32,000 nucleotides of DNA from Candidatus Helarchaeota ASGARD archaeon Hel_GB_B (GTDB lineage: Archaea > Asgardarchaeota > Lokiarchaeia > Helarchaeales > HEL-GB-B), in NCBI GenBank assembly GCA_005191425.1, contig SUPR01000031.1, positions 1-32,000 of the forward strand, read 5' to 3'. Each line of letters opens with the position of its first letter. Position 1 is the first letter of the stretch. Made by a program: the position numbers and the translations under genes. Below the pieces are notes generated by a model. That model was not told the DNA's origin and did no database searches. It saw nothing but the letters and a program-made list of their open reading frames with translations. Of the stretch, positions 1 to 9,521 are shown piece by piece.

Positions 1-2
1 TG

Positions 3-878
3 GTAACTGATGGTCTTAGTCAGTATATAGGAATAGCTCAGGATTTTGGACGTGATATCATTCATATTCGCCATATACACAAACCGCCATTCGGGCGTAT
101 TATAATATCTACAATTCAACATACCCCTGCAAAAATAATAAGGACAGATATAGCTACCTACACCAATATCTTAGATTGTACAAACATGTTTTATACGCGA
201 GTTTCGGTAATGGAAAAAAGAAAATCAGTTAAAAAAGATAAAGGTATGAATAAGAAGGGACCTGGTAAAACGGGTGTTGCAAAAGAGAGAGAAAGAAGGA
301 ATAAACGGGGCAGACCGAAAGGGTCAAAAAATCGTCCAAAAGAGATAATAGAAGCTGAGAAGAAAGAAAAATTAAAAAGAAAAGGTAAAGTAGGAAGACC
401 AAAAGGCTCGAAAAACAAAAATAAAAAATTGAATGGCGCTAAAAAAGGTAAAAAAAATAAAAAGAAAGTGCCCCGCAGTGTAAAAGATTATTTTAAAATG
501 GGAAAATACATGGTCTACCAATATAACAGGGAAAAGGGTATAGTCATACCTCTATGGAATGCAGACCCATTAGTTGCCAAATCTCTCGAAAAATGTGCAA
601 TATATTTTGGCGGAGGTTGTATTACTACTAATTATGTAGAACAGCAATTTAGTACACTAAAAAAACTTATCGATTTCAGGGGTAAACGGTCTCTAAATAC
701 TTGGAAATCAATTTTACTAGCATATTTTACAATTAGAGAAGACCCAATAATATTAAAAGATGAAATAACCCGGATAACTTCATTTCCACAAATTCAAAAT
801 AGATGGGTTAGAGAAAATATATACCCAAAAAGTATTCGAAAAACTATTTTATCGGAAAGTTTAAAAGTTGTAAATTAA
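3..878 (+). mobile_element. DDE-type IS transposase, 5'-truncated by the window edge (family uncertain: IS256/ISH6/MULE-like or IS6-like)
   Basis: The frame of ORF 186..878 is open back to position 3 and reads VTDGLSQYIGIAQDFGRDIIHIRHIH..., so the listed ATG at 186 is internal. VTDG fits the second catalytic Asp of DDE transposases. CITTNYVEQQFSTLKKLIDFRGKRS fits the TTN-x-x-E helix carrying the catalytic Glu. A long basic insertion lies between them. Confidence 0.7.
309..416 (+). repeat. Two GRPKGSKN AT-hook-like peptide repeats (309-332 and 393-416) inside the transposase
   Basis: The same 8-aa motif occurs twice, 28 codons apart. The DNA differs only at synonymous positions (ggc/gga, ccg/cca, ggg/ggc, tca/tcg, aat/aac). 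Confidence 0.85.
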
Positions 879-1282
879 TAGTTGCTTCAGTAACGGAATT
901 GAAAAAATCTCATTTAAACAAAAAATTTATGTAATAAGTAATAATAGTAATGAATATACATATTTTATTTATGAAAACGCTTCCTAACTGATTTTTATAA
1001 TATTAACAATAAAAAATTTTAAATTTTGTAAATTAATTAATAGATTAAAAGAGTCCAAATATGATCTTAATTATTCATAAAAAATATGTAAAATTACTAC
1101 TTTTTAAAGTTGGATCTCAAATAGCTTTTAATTTTATAAAGGGTAAAATTACTAAACAGTTAATGTTTTTTAGATTACAAATTGTTAATAAAGCAAAAAT
1201 TTCCCTCTTTAGAATTTAAAGTCTAAAATTCTTTTACAAATTTATAAAATATCAATTAAAATTAAGTCATAGATAATATTCT

Positions 1283-1288
1283 AGGAGG
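1283..1288 (+). promoter_or_regulatory. Shine-Dalgarno-like AGGAGG upstream of the glutamate synthase cluster
   Basis: AGGAGG ends 13 nt before the ATG at 1302. Similar motifs precede 1741 (GAGGT at 1728-1732) and 4181 (AAGGAGG at 4164-4170). Confidence 0.55.
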
Positions 1289-1301
1289 CATTATATTACA
1301 A

Positions 1302-1751
1302 ATGAAAAGAATTCAGATTAACGAGGATGTCTGCATTGGATGTCGTCTATGCGAGGTCTGGTGTATAGTGGCGCATTCTAAATCTAAAGATATAATTAAA
1401 GCGTTTAAGCAAGAAAAACCTCGTCCTATTGCAATGATTAGAGTTCAAGAGGATATTCCAATATCTTTTGGAGCTCAGTGTAGGCATTGCCCCGAGCCAA
1501 TTTGTGTCTTTAGTTGTATATCAGGTGCACTATATATAGATGAGAATGGAATAGTATTACATAATTCAAAGAAATGCGTTGGATGTTGGACATGTATACT
1601 TGTATGTCCGTATGGAGCAATTATGAGAAATGAGGATGAAAAAACTGCTTTAAAATGTGATTTTTGTATGGAACAGGGGACGCCTAGTTGCGTTGAGCAT
1701 TGCCCAAATGAGGGGCTAACATTAGTTGAGGTTTCAGAAAATGGATTTTGA
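1302..1751 (+). CDS. 4Fe-4S dicluster electron-transfer protein (CooF/HycB/DmsB-like)
   Basis: Four Cys clusters: CIGCRLCEVWC, CRHCPEPICVFSC, CVGCWTCILVCP and CDFC...CVEHCP. Confidence 0.9.
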   Translation: MKRIQINEDVCIGCRLCEVWCIVAHSKSKDIIKAFKQEKPRPIAMIRVQEDIPISFGAQCRHCPEPICVFSCISGALYIDENGIVLHNSKKCVGCWTCILVCPYGAIMRNEDEKTALKCDFCMEQGTPSCVEHCPNEGLTLVEVSENGF

Positions 1752-3030
1752 TTACTTGATAATTGGTAATTCGTCTGGTGGAATTGGTGGCGCTGAAGCT
1801 ATAAGAAAGTATGATAAAAAAGGTACATTAGCGATAATTTCTGATGAACCAGTTCATACATATTCTAGAGCATTAATACCATATTATTTAAAAGGTAATA
1901 TAACCTATGATAAGTTATATTACCGACCATCGAATTTTTATAATAAAAATAATATCCAGACATTTCTCGGAAAAAAAATCATTAAATTAGATGTTAAAAG
2001 TAGGGCAATTATTTTAGAAGACGGTGAATCTTTAAATTTTAAGGAGTTATTAATTGCATCAGGTGGAGTACCATTTGTACCTCCGATAAAGGGTTTAAAT
2101 CAAAATAATTATTTTACATTTACAAGCGTTGATGATGCAAATAAAATAAAAGATAAAATTGAATCAGGACATATTCAAAAAGCAGTTGTTTTAGGTGGCG
2201 GGCTTATAGGTCTATTAGCAGCAGAGGCTTTGAGTTCATTTAATATTGAAGTGTCTGTTGTTGAGTTGGCAGAACGAGTTTTAATTAAAGTATTAGACAA
2301 TATTTCATCAAAGATTTGTGAAGAAATATTAGAAGAAAATGGAATTAGAGTAATTACTGGGCATACGATTTCAGAAGTTATCAATAATCCTGATGATCCT
2401 GATAAAATAGACAAGATAATACTGGATAATAATGAAAAATTGGACTGTGATTTGTTAATTATTGCAATAGGAGTTAGGCCCAGACTCGATTTTTTAAAGG
2501 ACACTGAAATCAATATTAACAGAGGAATTGTAGTTGATAATCATATGCAGACTAATATTCCAGGAATCTATGCATGTGGTGATTGCGCTGAAATTTATGA
2601 TTTTATTCTAGATATCAAAAAACTTACACCTCTTTGGCCAACTGCATATATAGGTGGGATGATTGCTGGGTTTAATATGGCAGGACATAATAAAGAATTT
2701 ACAATGGGAATGAATATGAATTCTATGAAATTTTTTGGAATACCAGTTATGTCTGGAGGATTAATTGAAAAGCCAGATGATGGAAATTACGAAGTATTAA
2801 CGAGATATGAACCAGAAAACATGATTTATAAAAAAATTATTCTAAAGGATAATATCGTTAAGGGAATAATTTCCGTGAATAGCATAGATAGGACAGGAAT
2901 AATTATTGGCCTAATGAGGAATAATATAGATGTATCATCATTTAAGGCACATTTAATGTCTGATGATTTTGACTTAATTTATTTCCCACGGGAAATTAGA
3001 AATGAAATATTTACTGGAAGATTATTATGA
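1741..3030 (+). CDS. FAD-dependent NAD(P)H oxidoreductase (pyridine nucleotide-disulfide/NirB-rubredoxin reductase-like)
   Basis: N-terminal FAD motif IIGNSSGGIGGAE, second dinucleotide motif VVLGGGLIG followed by VVE, and TNIPGIYACGDC. Start moved from the TTG at 1726 to the ATG at 1741, which has GAGGT upstream and overlaps the stop of the 4Fe-4S gene. Confidence 0.88.
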   Translation: MDFDYLIIGNSSGGIGGAEAIRKYDKKGTLAIISDEPVHTYSRALIPYYLKGNITYDKLYYRPSNFYNKNNIQTFLGKKIIKLDVKSRAIILEDGESLNFKELLIASGGVPFVPPIKGLNQNNYFTFTSVDDANKIKDKIESGHIQKAVVLGGGLIGLLAAEALSSFNIEVSVVELAERVLIKVLDNISSKICEEILEENGIRVITGHTISEVINNPDDPDKIDKIILDNNEKLDCDLLIIAIGVRPRLDFLKDTEININRGIVVDNHMQTNIPGIYACGDCAEIYDFILDIKKLTPLWPTAYIGGMIAGFNMAGHNKEFTMGMNMNSMKFFGIPVMSGGLIEKPDDGNYEVLTRYEPENMIYKKIILKDNIVKGIISVNSIDRTGIIIGLMRNNIDVSSFKAHLMSDDFDLIYFPREIRNEIFTGRLL

Positions 3031-4175
3031 AGGACTTAAAAAATATTGCAAATCCATTTAATGATGATAAAGTTTCGGCTAATTGTTCCATTTTTGGAAT
3101 GATGAACTTAAGTGGTACAACTTTTTCAGGTAAAGATATATTAACAGCCATTAAAAACATGCGAGTAAGGAGTAATGGTCTTGGTGGTGGGTTTGCTTGC
3201 TATGGACTATACCCAAAATATCCGGACCATTATGCACTTCATTTAATGTATAATACAAGGGAAGCAAAAGAGATTTCTGAAAATTTTATAGACAAACATT
3301 TTTTTATTACTCGAGCTGAAGAGATCCCGACTAAACAAATAAAAGAAATTATAGATCCACCAGAATTTTGGCGATATTTTGTACATCCAAAAACTGAACT
3401 TGATAAAAACCATTATGACGATTATGTTGTTGAAATGGTAATGACAATTAATACTCAAATTCAAGATACTTTTGTTTTTAGTAGCGGAAAAAATATGGCT
3501 GTTTTTAAAGGCGTTGGATTTCCAGGAGATATTGGGAGATTCTTCATGATCGAGGATTACACTGGTTATATATGGTTAGCTCATGGTAGATTTCCTACAA
3601 ACACGCTGGGTTGGTGGGGAGGCGCACATCCATTTAATATTCTCGATTGGTCAGTAGTCCATAATGGAGAAATTTCTTCATATGGAACAAATCAAAGATT
3701 TCTTGAGATGTATGGCTATAAATGTTCTTTATATACAGATACAGAAGTTATCGCATATGCTGCAGATCTTCTAATGAGAAGGCATAATCTTCCAATTGAA
3801 GTCGCATCAAAAATACTTGCACCACCACTATGGAATACAATTGATCGCATGGATAAAAAAGAAAAGGAACTCTATACATCATTAAGACAAGTTTATGGTG
3901 GACTATTAATGAATGGTCCCTTCAGTATAGTAATCGCTAGAAATGGAGAAATGATAGGTCTAACAGATAGAGTTCGCTTAAGGCCACTTACTGCAGCTGT
4001 AAATAGTGATATGTTATATATTTCATCGGAAGAGGCGCCAATCAGGTTAATAGACCCGAATATTGAATATGCTTGGATACCGAAAGGAGGAGAACCAATT
4101 ATTGGAAGATTGTCCGAGAAAAAAGTTATTTATAATGAAAAATTAACCTTACAAGATCTAAATAAGGAGGCATAA
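3027..4175 (+). CDS. gltB1: Glutamate synthase amidotransferase subunit (class II glutamine amidotransferase, GltB1-like)
   Basis: Ntn-type CSIFG near the N-terminus, RSNGLGGGF, HGRFPTN, HPF, VHNGEISSY, TDTE and NGPF. ATGA overlap with the upstream gene; directly upstream of the FMN subunit. Confidence 0.88.
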   Translation: MKDLKNIANPFNDDKVSANCSIFGMMNLSGTTFSGKDILTAIKNMRVRSNGLGGGFACYGLYPKYPDHYALHLMYNTREAKEISENFIDKHFFITRAEEIPTKQIKEIIDPPEFWRYFVHPKTELDKNHYDDYVVEMVMTINTQIQDTFVFSSGKNMAVFKGVGFPGDIGRFFMIEDYTGYIWLAHGRFPTNTLGWWGGAHPFNILDWSVVHNGEISSYGTNQRFLEMYGYKCSLYTDTEVIAYAADLLMRRHNLPIEVASKILAPPLWNTIDRMDKKEKELYTSLRQVYGGLLMNGPFSIVIARNGEMIGLTDRVRLRPLTAAVNSDMLYISSEEAPIRLIDPNIEYAWIPKGGEPIIGRLSEKKVIYNEKLTLQDLNKEA

Positions 4176-4180
4176 ATTTA

Positions 4181-5680
4181 GTGAAATCATATTTATTACC
4201 TGAATTCAAAATTATTCGGGATGATGACCGATGTATTCGATGCCAAGTTTGTGTTAGGCAATGTGGATTTGGTGTTCATACCTATGACGAAGAAAATGAT
4301 ATAATTATTTCTGATGAATCAAAATGCGTGGGATGTCAACGTTGTGCAGTTTTCTGTCCTACTAATGCTTTAACAATAATGACTAATCCATATGAATATC
4401 GTCCAAATGCAAATTGGAGAAAGGAATTTATTAATGATGTAAAAAAGCAAGCTGAAGGTGGAGGAGTAATACTTACTGGATGTGGAAACGATAAACCATA
4501 TAAAATTTATTGGGATCATATTGTTCTTAATGCATCACAAGTTACTAACCCGTCCATTGACCCATTAAGAGAACCTATGGAGCTAAGGACTTATTTAGGT
4601 AGTAAAACAAACCAATTAGAAATGGTAGATGGAGAGTTAAAGACGGTCTTAACGTCTCAAGTTATGATTGAAACACCAATAATATTTTCGGCACTATCAT
4701 ATGGTGCAATTAGCTTTAATGCACAAACGTCCTTGGCAAGAGCAGCAAGTGAATTTGGAACTTTATTTAATAGTGGAGAAGGTGGATTGCCGAAAGAATT
4801 AAGAAAATATGGAAAAAACGCAATAGTACAATGTGCATCAGGTAGGTTTGGAGTTGATCCAGAATATTTAAACAGTTCAGCAGTTGTAGAAATTAAAATT
4901 GGTCAAGGTGCAAAACCCGGGATTGGAGGACATTTACCAGGTGAAAAAGTTTCAATTCCAGTTTCCAGAACTCGGATGATCCCAGAAGGTACAGATGCAT
5001 TATCTCCAGCGCCACAGCATGATATTTATTCAATAGAAGATCTTTCTACCTTAATCTATGCGTTAAAGGAAACTACAAATTATGAAAAACCTATCTCTGT
5101 AAAAATTGCAGCAGTGCATAATTCTGCGGCAATAGCAAGTGGTATGGTACGAGCTGGTGCAGATATTATTGCTCTTGATGGAATTCGAGGTGGTACAGGA
5201 GCTGCTCCAAAAATAATTCGAGATAATGTAGGTATCCCGATTGAATTGGCATTAGCTGCTGTCGATGAACGGTTGAGAAAAGAGAGAATTAGAAATAAAT
5301 GTTCAATTATTGTTGCAGGTGGGTTTAGGAATGCAGGTGATATTATTAAAGCAATAGCATTAGGTGCAGATGCAGTTTATATAGCGACTGCTGCTTTAGT
5401 AGCAATGGGATGCACTTTGTGTCAAAAATGTTATACCGGAATTTGTAATTGGGGTATTTGTACAACAGATCCTTGGCTTTCAAAACGTATTAATCCAGAT
5501 ATTGCGACTAAAAGACTCACAAATCTGCTCAGAGGCTGGAGTCTTGAAATTAAAGAGATGCTTGGTGGAATGGGTATAAATGCTATAGAATCACTTAGAG
5601 GTAATAGACACCACTTAAGAGGTGTAGGATTAAATAAATGGGAGCTTGATGTTTTAGGAATTAAAGGGGCTGGTGAATAA
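4181..5680 (+). CDS. gltB2: Glutamate synthase FMN-binding subunit with N-terminal 2x[4Fe-4S] domain (archaeal GltB2 type)
   Basis: CIRCQVCVRQC and CVGCQRCAVFCP, then NSGEGG, EIKIGQGAKPGIGGHLPGEKV, SPAPQHDIYSIEDL and C-terminal CTLCQKCYTGIC. GTG start. Confidence 0.95.
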   Translation: MKSYLLPEFKIIRDDDRCIRCQVCVRQCGFGVHTYDEENDIIISDESKCVGCQRCAVFCPTNALTIMTNPYEYRPNANWRKEFINDVKKQAEGGGVILTGCGNDKPYKIYWDHIVLNASQVTNPSIDPLREPMELRTYLGSKTNQLEMVDGELKTVLTSQVMIETPIIFSALSYGAISFNAQTSLARAASEFGTLFNSGEGGLPKELRKYGKNAIVQCASGRFGVDPEYLNSSAVVEIKIGQGAKPGIGGHLPGEKVSIPVSRTRMIPEGTDALSPAPQHDIYSIEDLSTLIYALKETTNYEKPISVKIAAVHNSAAIASGMVRAGADIIALDGIRGGTGAAPKIIRDNVGIPIELALAAVDERLRKERIRNKCSIIVAGGFRNAGDIIKAIALGADAVYIATAALVAMGCTLCQKCYTGICNWGICTTDPWLSKRINPDIATKRLTNLLRGWSLEIKEMLGGMGINAIESLRGNRHHLRGVGLNKWELDVLGIKGAGE

Positions 5681-6440
5681 TTTGCAAAATGGAACTTCTA
5701 TAAAAATTGATGCAAAAGAAATTTTCTATAAGGATTTGAATAATTTTATTTTAGATTCTGCCTTAAAAGGAATTAAAAAAATTATTTTAAACAATGTTTT
5801 TGGACAACGGTATATCGCAAGTCGGCTTTATAATATCCCAAAAATCGAAATTGAAGTATTCGGAACTCCAGGCAATGATTTAGGCGCATTTAATGATGGA
5901 CACCAAATAACAGTTTATGGAAATGCTCAAGATGGAGTTGGTAATACAATGAATGAAGGAGAAATAATAATTCATGGACATGCAGGAGACATTCTGGGTA
6001 TGTCTGCTAGAGGTGGCAAAATTTTCGTCAGAGATTATGTGGGATATAGAGCAGCTCTCCATATGAAACATTACAAAGATAAAAAACCAATTATAGTAAT
6101 TGGGGGAACTGCACAAGATTTTATTGGCGAATATATGGCTGGTGGAATAGTAATTTTACTAGGACTTGGACTTAAAAAAGGAGAAAGTCATAAACCAAAT
6201 TTCGTTGGGACAGGAATGCATGGGGGGACTATTTATATAAGAGGTGTCGTCAACTCATTTCAATTAGGTAAAGAAGTTGGAATTGTTGAACTAACCGAAG
6301 AGGACCATAAAATTATTGAGGAAAATGTTAAAAAATACGCCAATTATTTTAATAAAGATGTAGATGAAATTTTAAACAATGATTTTATCAAATTGATTCC
6401 GATTTCTAAGAGACCTTATGGAAAACTTTATGTGTATTAG
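5673..6440 (+). CDS. gltB3: Glutamate synthase GXGXG beta-helix subunit (GltB3)
   Basis: Repeated GxGxxG turns (GTPGNDLGAF, GHAGDILG, GEYMAGG, GTGMHGG). GTG start overlaps the gltB2 stop. Confidence 0.9.
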   Translation: MNNLQNGTSIKIDAKEIFYKDLNNFILDSALKGIKKIILNNVFGQRYIASRLYNIPKIEIEVFGTPGNDLGAFNDGHQITVYGNAQDGVGNTMNEGEIIIHGHAGDILGMSARGGKIFVRDYVGYRAALHMKHYKDKKPIIVIGGTAQDFIGEYMAGGIVILLGLGLKKGESHKPNFVGTGMHGGTIYIRGVVNSFQLGKEVGIVELTEEDHKIIEENVKKYANYFNKDVDEILNNDFIKLIPISKRPYGKLYVY

Positions 6441-6505
6441 ATAGTGATTTTAATACTCAAATTTCTACATAATTTTTTAAAATTAAAATAAAAAAAATTA
6501 ATGAT

Positions 6506-8503
6506 TTAAACTCTTAACCCTGCCTTATAACCATCGTTAATTGCATCTAATGCTTTTCTAGGTTTTTTAGCATCACCAATTATACGAATTTGAAAACCAC
6601 TTTCTTTTAGTTTATCTGCAAATTCGCGATCTTTTTTAACACCTGTAGCAATTATAACATTATCGGCTTTGATTTCTTGTATTTTATCACCTGTTTTTAC
6701 GATTACATTGTCAACGGTAATTTCTAATACTTCTGAACTTGTTAATTGTCTGATCTCTTTATACCGTAAATCTTTCATCATGGTCCATCTTGTAGACCTA
6801 CCAATATTACCACCTAATTTTGGTAATATGTCTATAATAGTCACATTCTTTAGTCCTTTACGATAATAGTGTAATGCTTCGTCAATTGATAGAACTTTAT
6901 GCTGAATCATAAACATTGCAATTTCTGATGAAATAGAACCCATTTCCGAAACATAAAGAGCAGTTTCAACGCCCGTTGCTCCCCCGCCAATAATTACAAT
7001 ATCATCTTTTAGGAGAACATTTCCAAGCAAAACATCCTTAGCTTTCACAACATGAGGGAGGTCAATTCCTTTTATGGGGGGTATTATATCTTTACCTCCA
7101 GCAGCATAAACTATTTCATCTGGGTTTATTTTCTTAACAATATCTAGAGTACATTCTGTATTTAATATTACATTAACCCTTAGTTTGTCTAATTGGTTTT
7201 TTAACCAATCAATAGCCCTCATAAATTCTTGTCGACCTGGAGGAATTGCAGCTAAATAAAATGCACCACCCAAATAACTATCTTTTTCGTATAATATAAC
7301 ATCATGGCCTCGCATTTTTGCGACCATGGCGGCTTCCATGCCACCAACACCACCACCAATGACTAAAATTTTCTTTTTCTCTTTTGCAGGAGTAATTGCA
7401 TATTGATCTTCTCGGCCTGCAGCAGGGTTTTGAAGACATGTAATTGGTTGCGCTTCAAAAACCATATCAAAACAGCCTTGTGCACAACCTATACACCACC
7501 TAATATCATCATACCTACATTCTTTAACTTTTTGAACAATATATGGATCACAAATAAGTGGTCGGCCCCAACCAATTAAGTCGCAATAGTTATTTTTAAG
7601 TAATTTTTCTGCTGTTTGTAAATCATGAATTCTATGGCATTCTACTACTGGTATATTTACTGTTTTTCTAATTTCATAAGTCATAAATGAAAATGCACCA
7701 TGTGGAACATTAGAAGTAAGTTGAGGAGTTTTTGAGGTATGCCAAGCACCAGCAATGTCTAAAACATCAACACCAGCTTTTTCTAATAATGGAGCAACTT
7801 TTTTCCAATCTTTAAAAGATAAACTTCCCGGGACAAGGTCATCATGGGGCATACGCCAAATTAATGGGAAATCACCTACATGATCTCTAATACTTTTTAT
7901 AACTTCATATAAAAATGTCATTCTTTCTTCGAGTGTTTCTCCACCATATCGATCCTTCCTTTTATTTATTAAGGGCGATAAAAATTGGCAAGGTAAATAC
8001 CCAGTATTTCCGCAAACTTGAACCGCATCAAATCCAGCTTCTTTTAACCTAGCCGAAGCAAGGCCATAGTCTTCAACTATTTGTTCGATCTCTTTTATTG
8101 TTAATTCACGTGCAACTTTTCTAGCAAACGGGGCATCACATTCTGAAGGAGCTACTAACTCCCCAATTACGCCAAAACGCCCAGCATGATATAATTGCGC
8201 TGCACATTTAGTCCCATATTGATGAATTGTATCAGCAAACTCTCTCAAACCTGGAATAAATTCATCAGAGCCTAAGTTTGGCATTGTAGGTGCTCCCCCT
8301 GAAAATTCCGAGAAGTTGCACCCACCTATTACAATCATTCCAACTCCACCTTTTGCTCTTTCTTCGTAAAATCTTATAAATTTCTTCGTTATCGCTCCTT
8401 TTGAATCTGCATAAGATAAATGCATTGATGGCATGTAAATTCTGTTTGAAAGAATAAGATTATCTTTAATTTTTAATGGTTCCAATAACATCAATTTTAT
8501 CAT
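6506..8503 (-). CDS. fadH: NADH:flavin oxidoreductase, 2,4-dienoyl-CoA reductase (FadH)-like Fe-S flavoenzyme
   Basis: OYE barrel (QLYHAGR, GYLPCQFLSP, WH), Fe-S motif CIGCAQGC...CLQNP, FAD motif VIGGGVGGMEAA and NADPH motif IIGGGATGVETA. 665 aa, matching FadH architecture. The substrate is inferred. Confidence 0.8.
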   Translation of the reverse strand: MIKLMLLEPLKIKDNLILSNRIYMPSMHLSYADSKGAITKKFIRFYEERAKGGVGMIVIGGCNFSEFSGGAPTMPNLGSDEFIPGLREFADTIHQYGTKCAAQLYHAGRFGVIGELVAPSECDAPFARKVARELTIKEIEQIVEDYGLASARLKEAGFDAVQVCGNTGYLPCQFLSPLINKRKDRYGGETLEERMTFLYEVIKSIRDHVGDFPLIWRMPHDDLVPGSLSFKDWKKVAPLLEKAGVDVLDIAGAWHTSKTPQLTSNVPHGAFSFMTYEIRKTVNIPVVECHRIHDLQTAEKLLKNNYCDLIGWGRPLICDPYIVQKVKECRYDDIRWCIGCAQGCFDMVFEAQPITCLQNPAAGREDQYAITPAKEKKKILVIGGGVGGMEAAMVAKMRGHDVILYEKDSYLGGAFYLAAIPPGRQEFMRAIDWLKNQLDKLRVNVILNTECTLDIVKKINPDEIVYAAGGKDIIPPIKGIDLPHVVKAKDVLLGNVLLKDDIVIIGGGATGVETALYVSEMGSISSEIAMFMIQHKVLSIDEALHYYRKGLKNVTIIDILPKLGGNIGRSTRWTMMKDLRYKEIRQLTSSEVLEITVDNVIVKTGDKIQEIKADNVIIATGVKKDREFADKLKESGFQIRIIGDAKKPRKALDAINDGYKAGLRV

Positions 8504-9061
8504 CTTTTAATTTAAATTCTAGAAAATAATAATTGAAAGTATATTGAATAACCTAAAAATTTTTTCATTAATATATTAACTTGAATTTTGAATTTCCGTA
8601 ATAATTTTTCTTAATGATAACCGAATTACGACTTTTAAATGCTACTGATAATTATACTTACCACTTCTAACCTCTATTTAAGAAGCAAATTCGATATCTA
8701 TTATAATTAATTAAATTACAAATATCTTAGTAATAAGGACGATAAGAATTCTATTATTACATTCATTTACGTATTACTCGATTTTGATATAATGGTGATC
8801 AATACCGCAGAAGAAAGTCGGTTCCGAGGAGAGTTTAGTCGTGAAGAGAGATTTCTAGGTAAAATAGAGGTAATATAGAGTAATATCAATAATATTTAAA
8901 GGTGAGAATCCATAATTATAATCGTGAACTCACAGTTTTTAGCCATTAAATGGTGATACAAACACGACAGGGTGTCTATTGAGTGCACACCAATTCATTT
9001 GGTACCAATAGAATTGTAATTATTTGACAGGTTATTCATTTTTAACTATATTTTATTAAAA

Positions 9062-9492
9062 ATTATAGATGATGTTTATAATAAGACGGGAACTTTTTGG
9101 GAGTTTTATAATTCTGGAGCAGGTTAAGTTAATGATGTATATGGGAAAAGTTGGTGGACACCAGCATCAGATTGTATAGGTTGGGATGGCTTAAGTTCCA
9201 ATTTAATAATTGAAAAATTGATTGGTATTGCTTATAACAATTCAGGAATTTTATTTAACCCATTAATCCCTGCAGAATGGAATTCATTGAAGATTGTTTT
9301 ATCTTTAAATCTAATTGATTTAAATTTAACTCTTAAAAATAACCGAATTAAAGGAGACCTTTTTTTAAAAATCAATATTTCAACAATTTAACAATTGTAG
9401 ATTTAGCTCATTTAAACCAGGACACATATTCAATAAGATCAATTCAGTTTAATTTTACGAATTTTGGACATTACTTGTTCTTAATAAAATAA
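9062..9492 (+). pseudogene. Decayed C-terminal remnant of a six-hairpin (alpha/alpha)6 glycoside hydrolase (GH63/MGH1-like)
   Basis: Manual translation from 9062 gives IIDDVYNKTGTFWEFYNSGAG*VNDVYGKSWWTPASDCIGWDGLSSNLIIEKLIGIAYNNSGILFNPLIPAEWNSL..., with an in-frame TAA at 9125-9127 and a stop at 9389-9391. A second frame stays open to TAA 9490-9492, suggesting a frameshift near the T/A run at about 9360-9371. Confidence 0.6.
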
Positions 9493-9521
9493 AAAAAAGT
9501 AAAATATAGATTATAAAAAAA

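Noticed and set aside
879-1301. Right terminal inverted repeat/TSD of the IS and an NrpR operator (GGAA-N6-TTCC) before the glutamate synthase cluster
   Set aside because: The left end of the element is outside the window, so no TIR can be paired. No exact GGAA-N6-TTCC was found (the closest is TGAA-N5-TTCC at 972-984).
8792-8878. GC-richer stretch (gcagaagaaagtcgg...) resembling the start of RNase P RNA, also a 28-codon ORF
   Set aside because: There is only a loose match to GAGGAAAGUCC, no downstream conserved P4 partner or GC-rich helices, and no recognisable protein motif. It may be further pseudogene debris.
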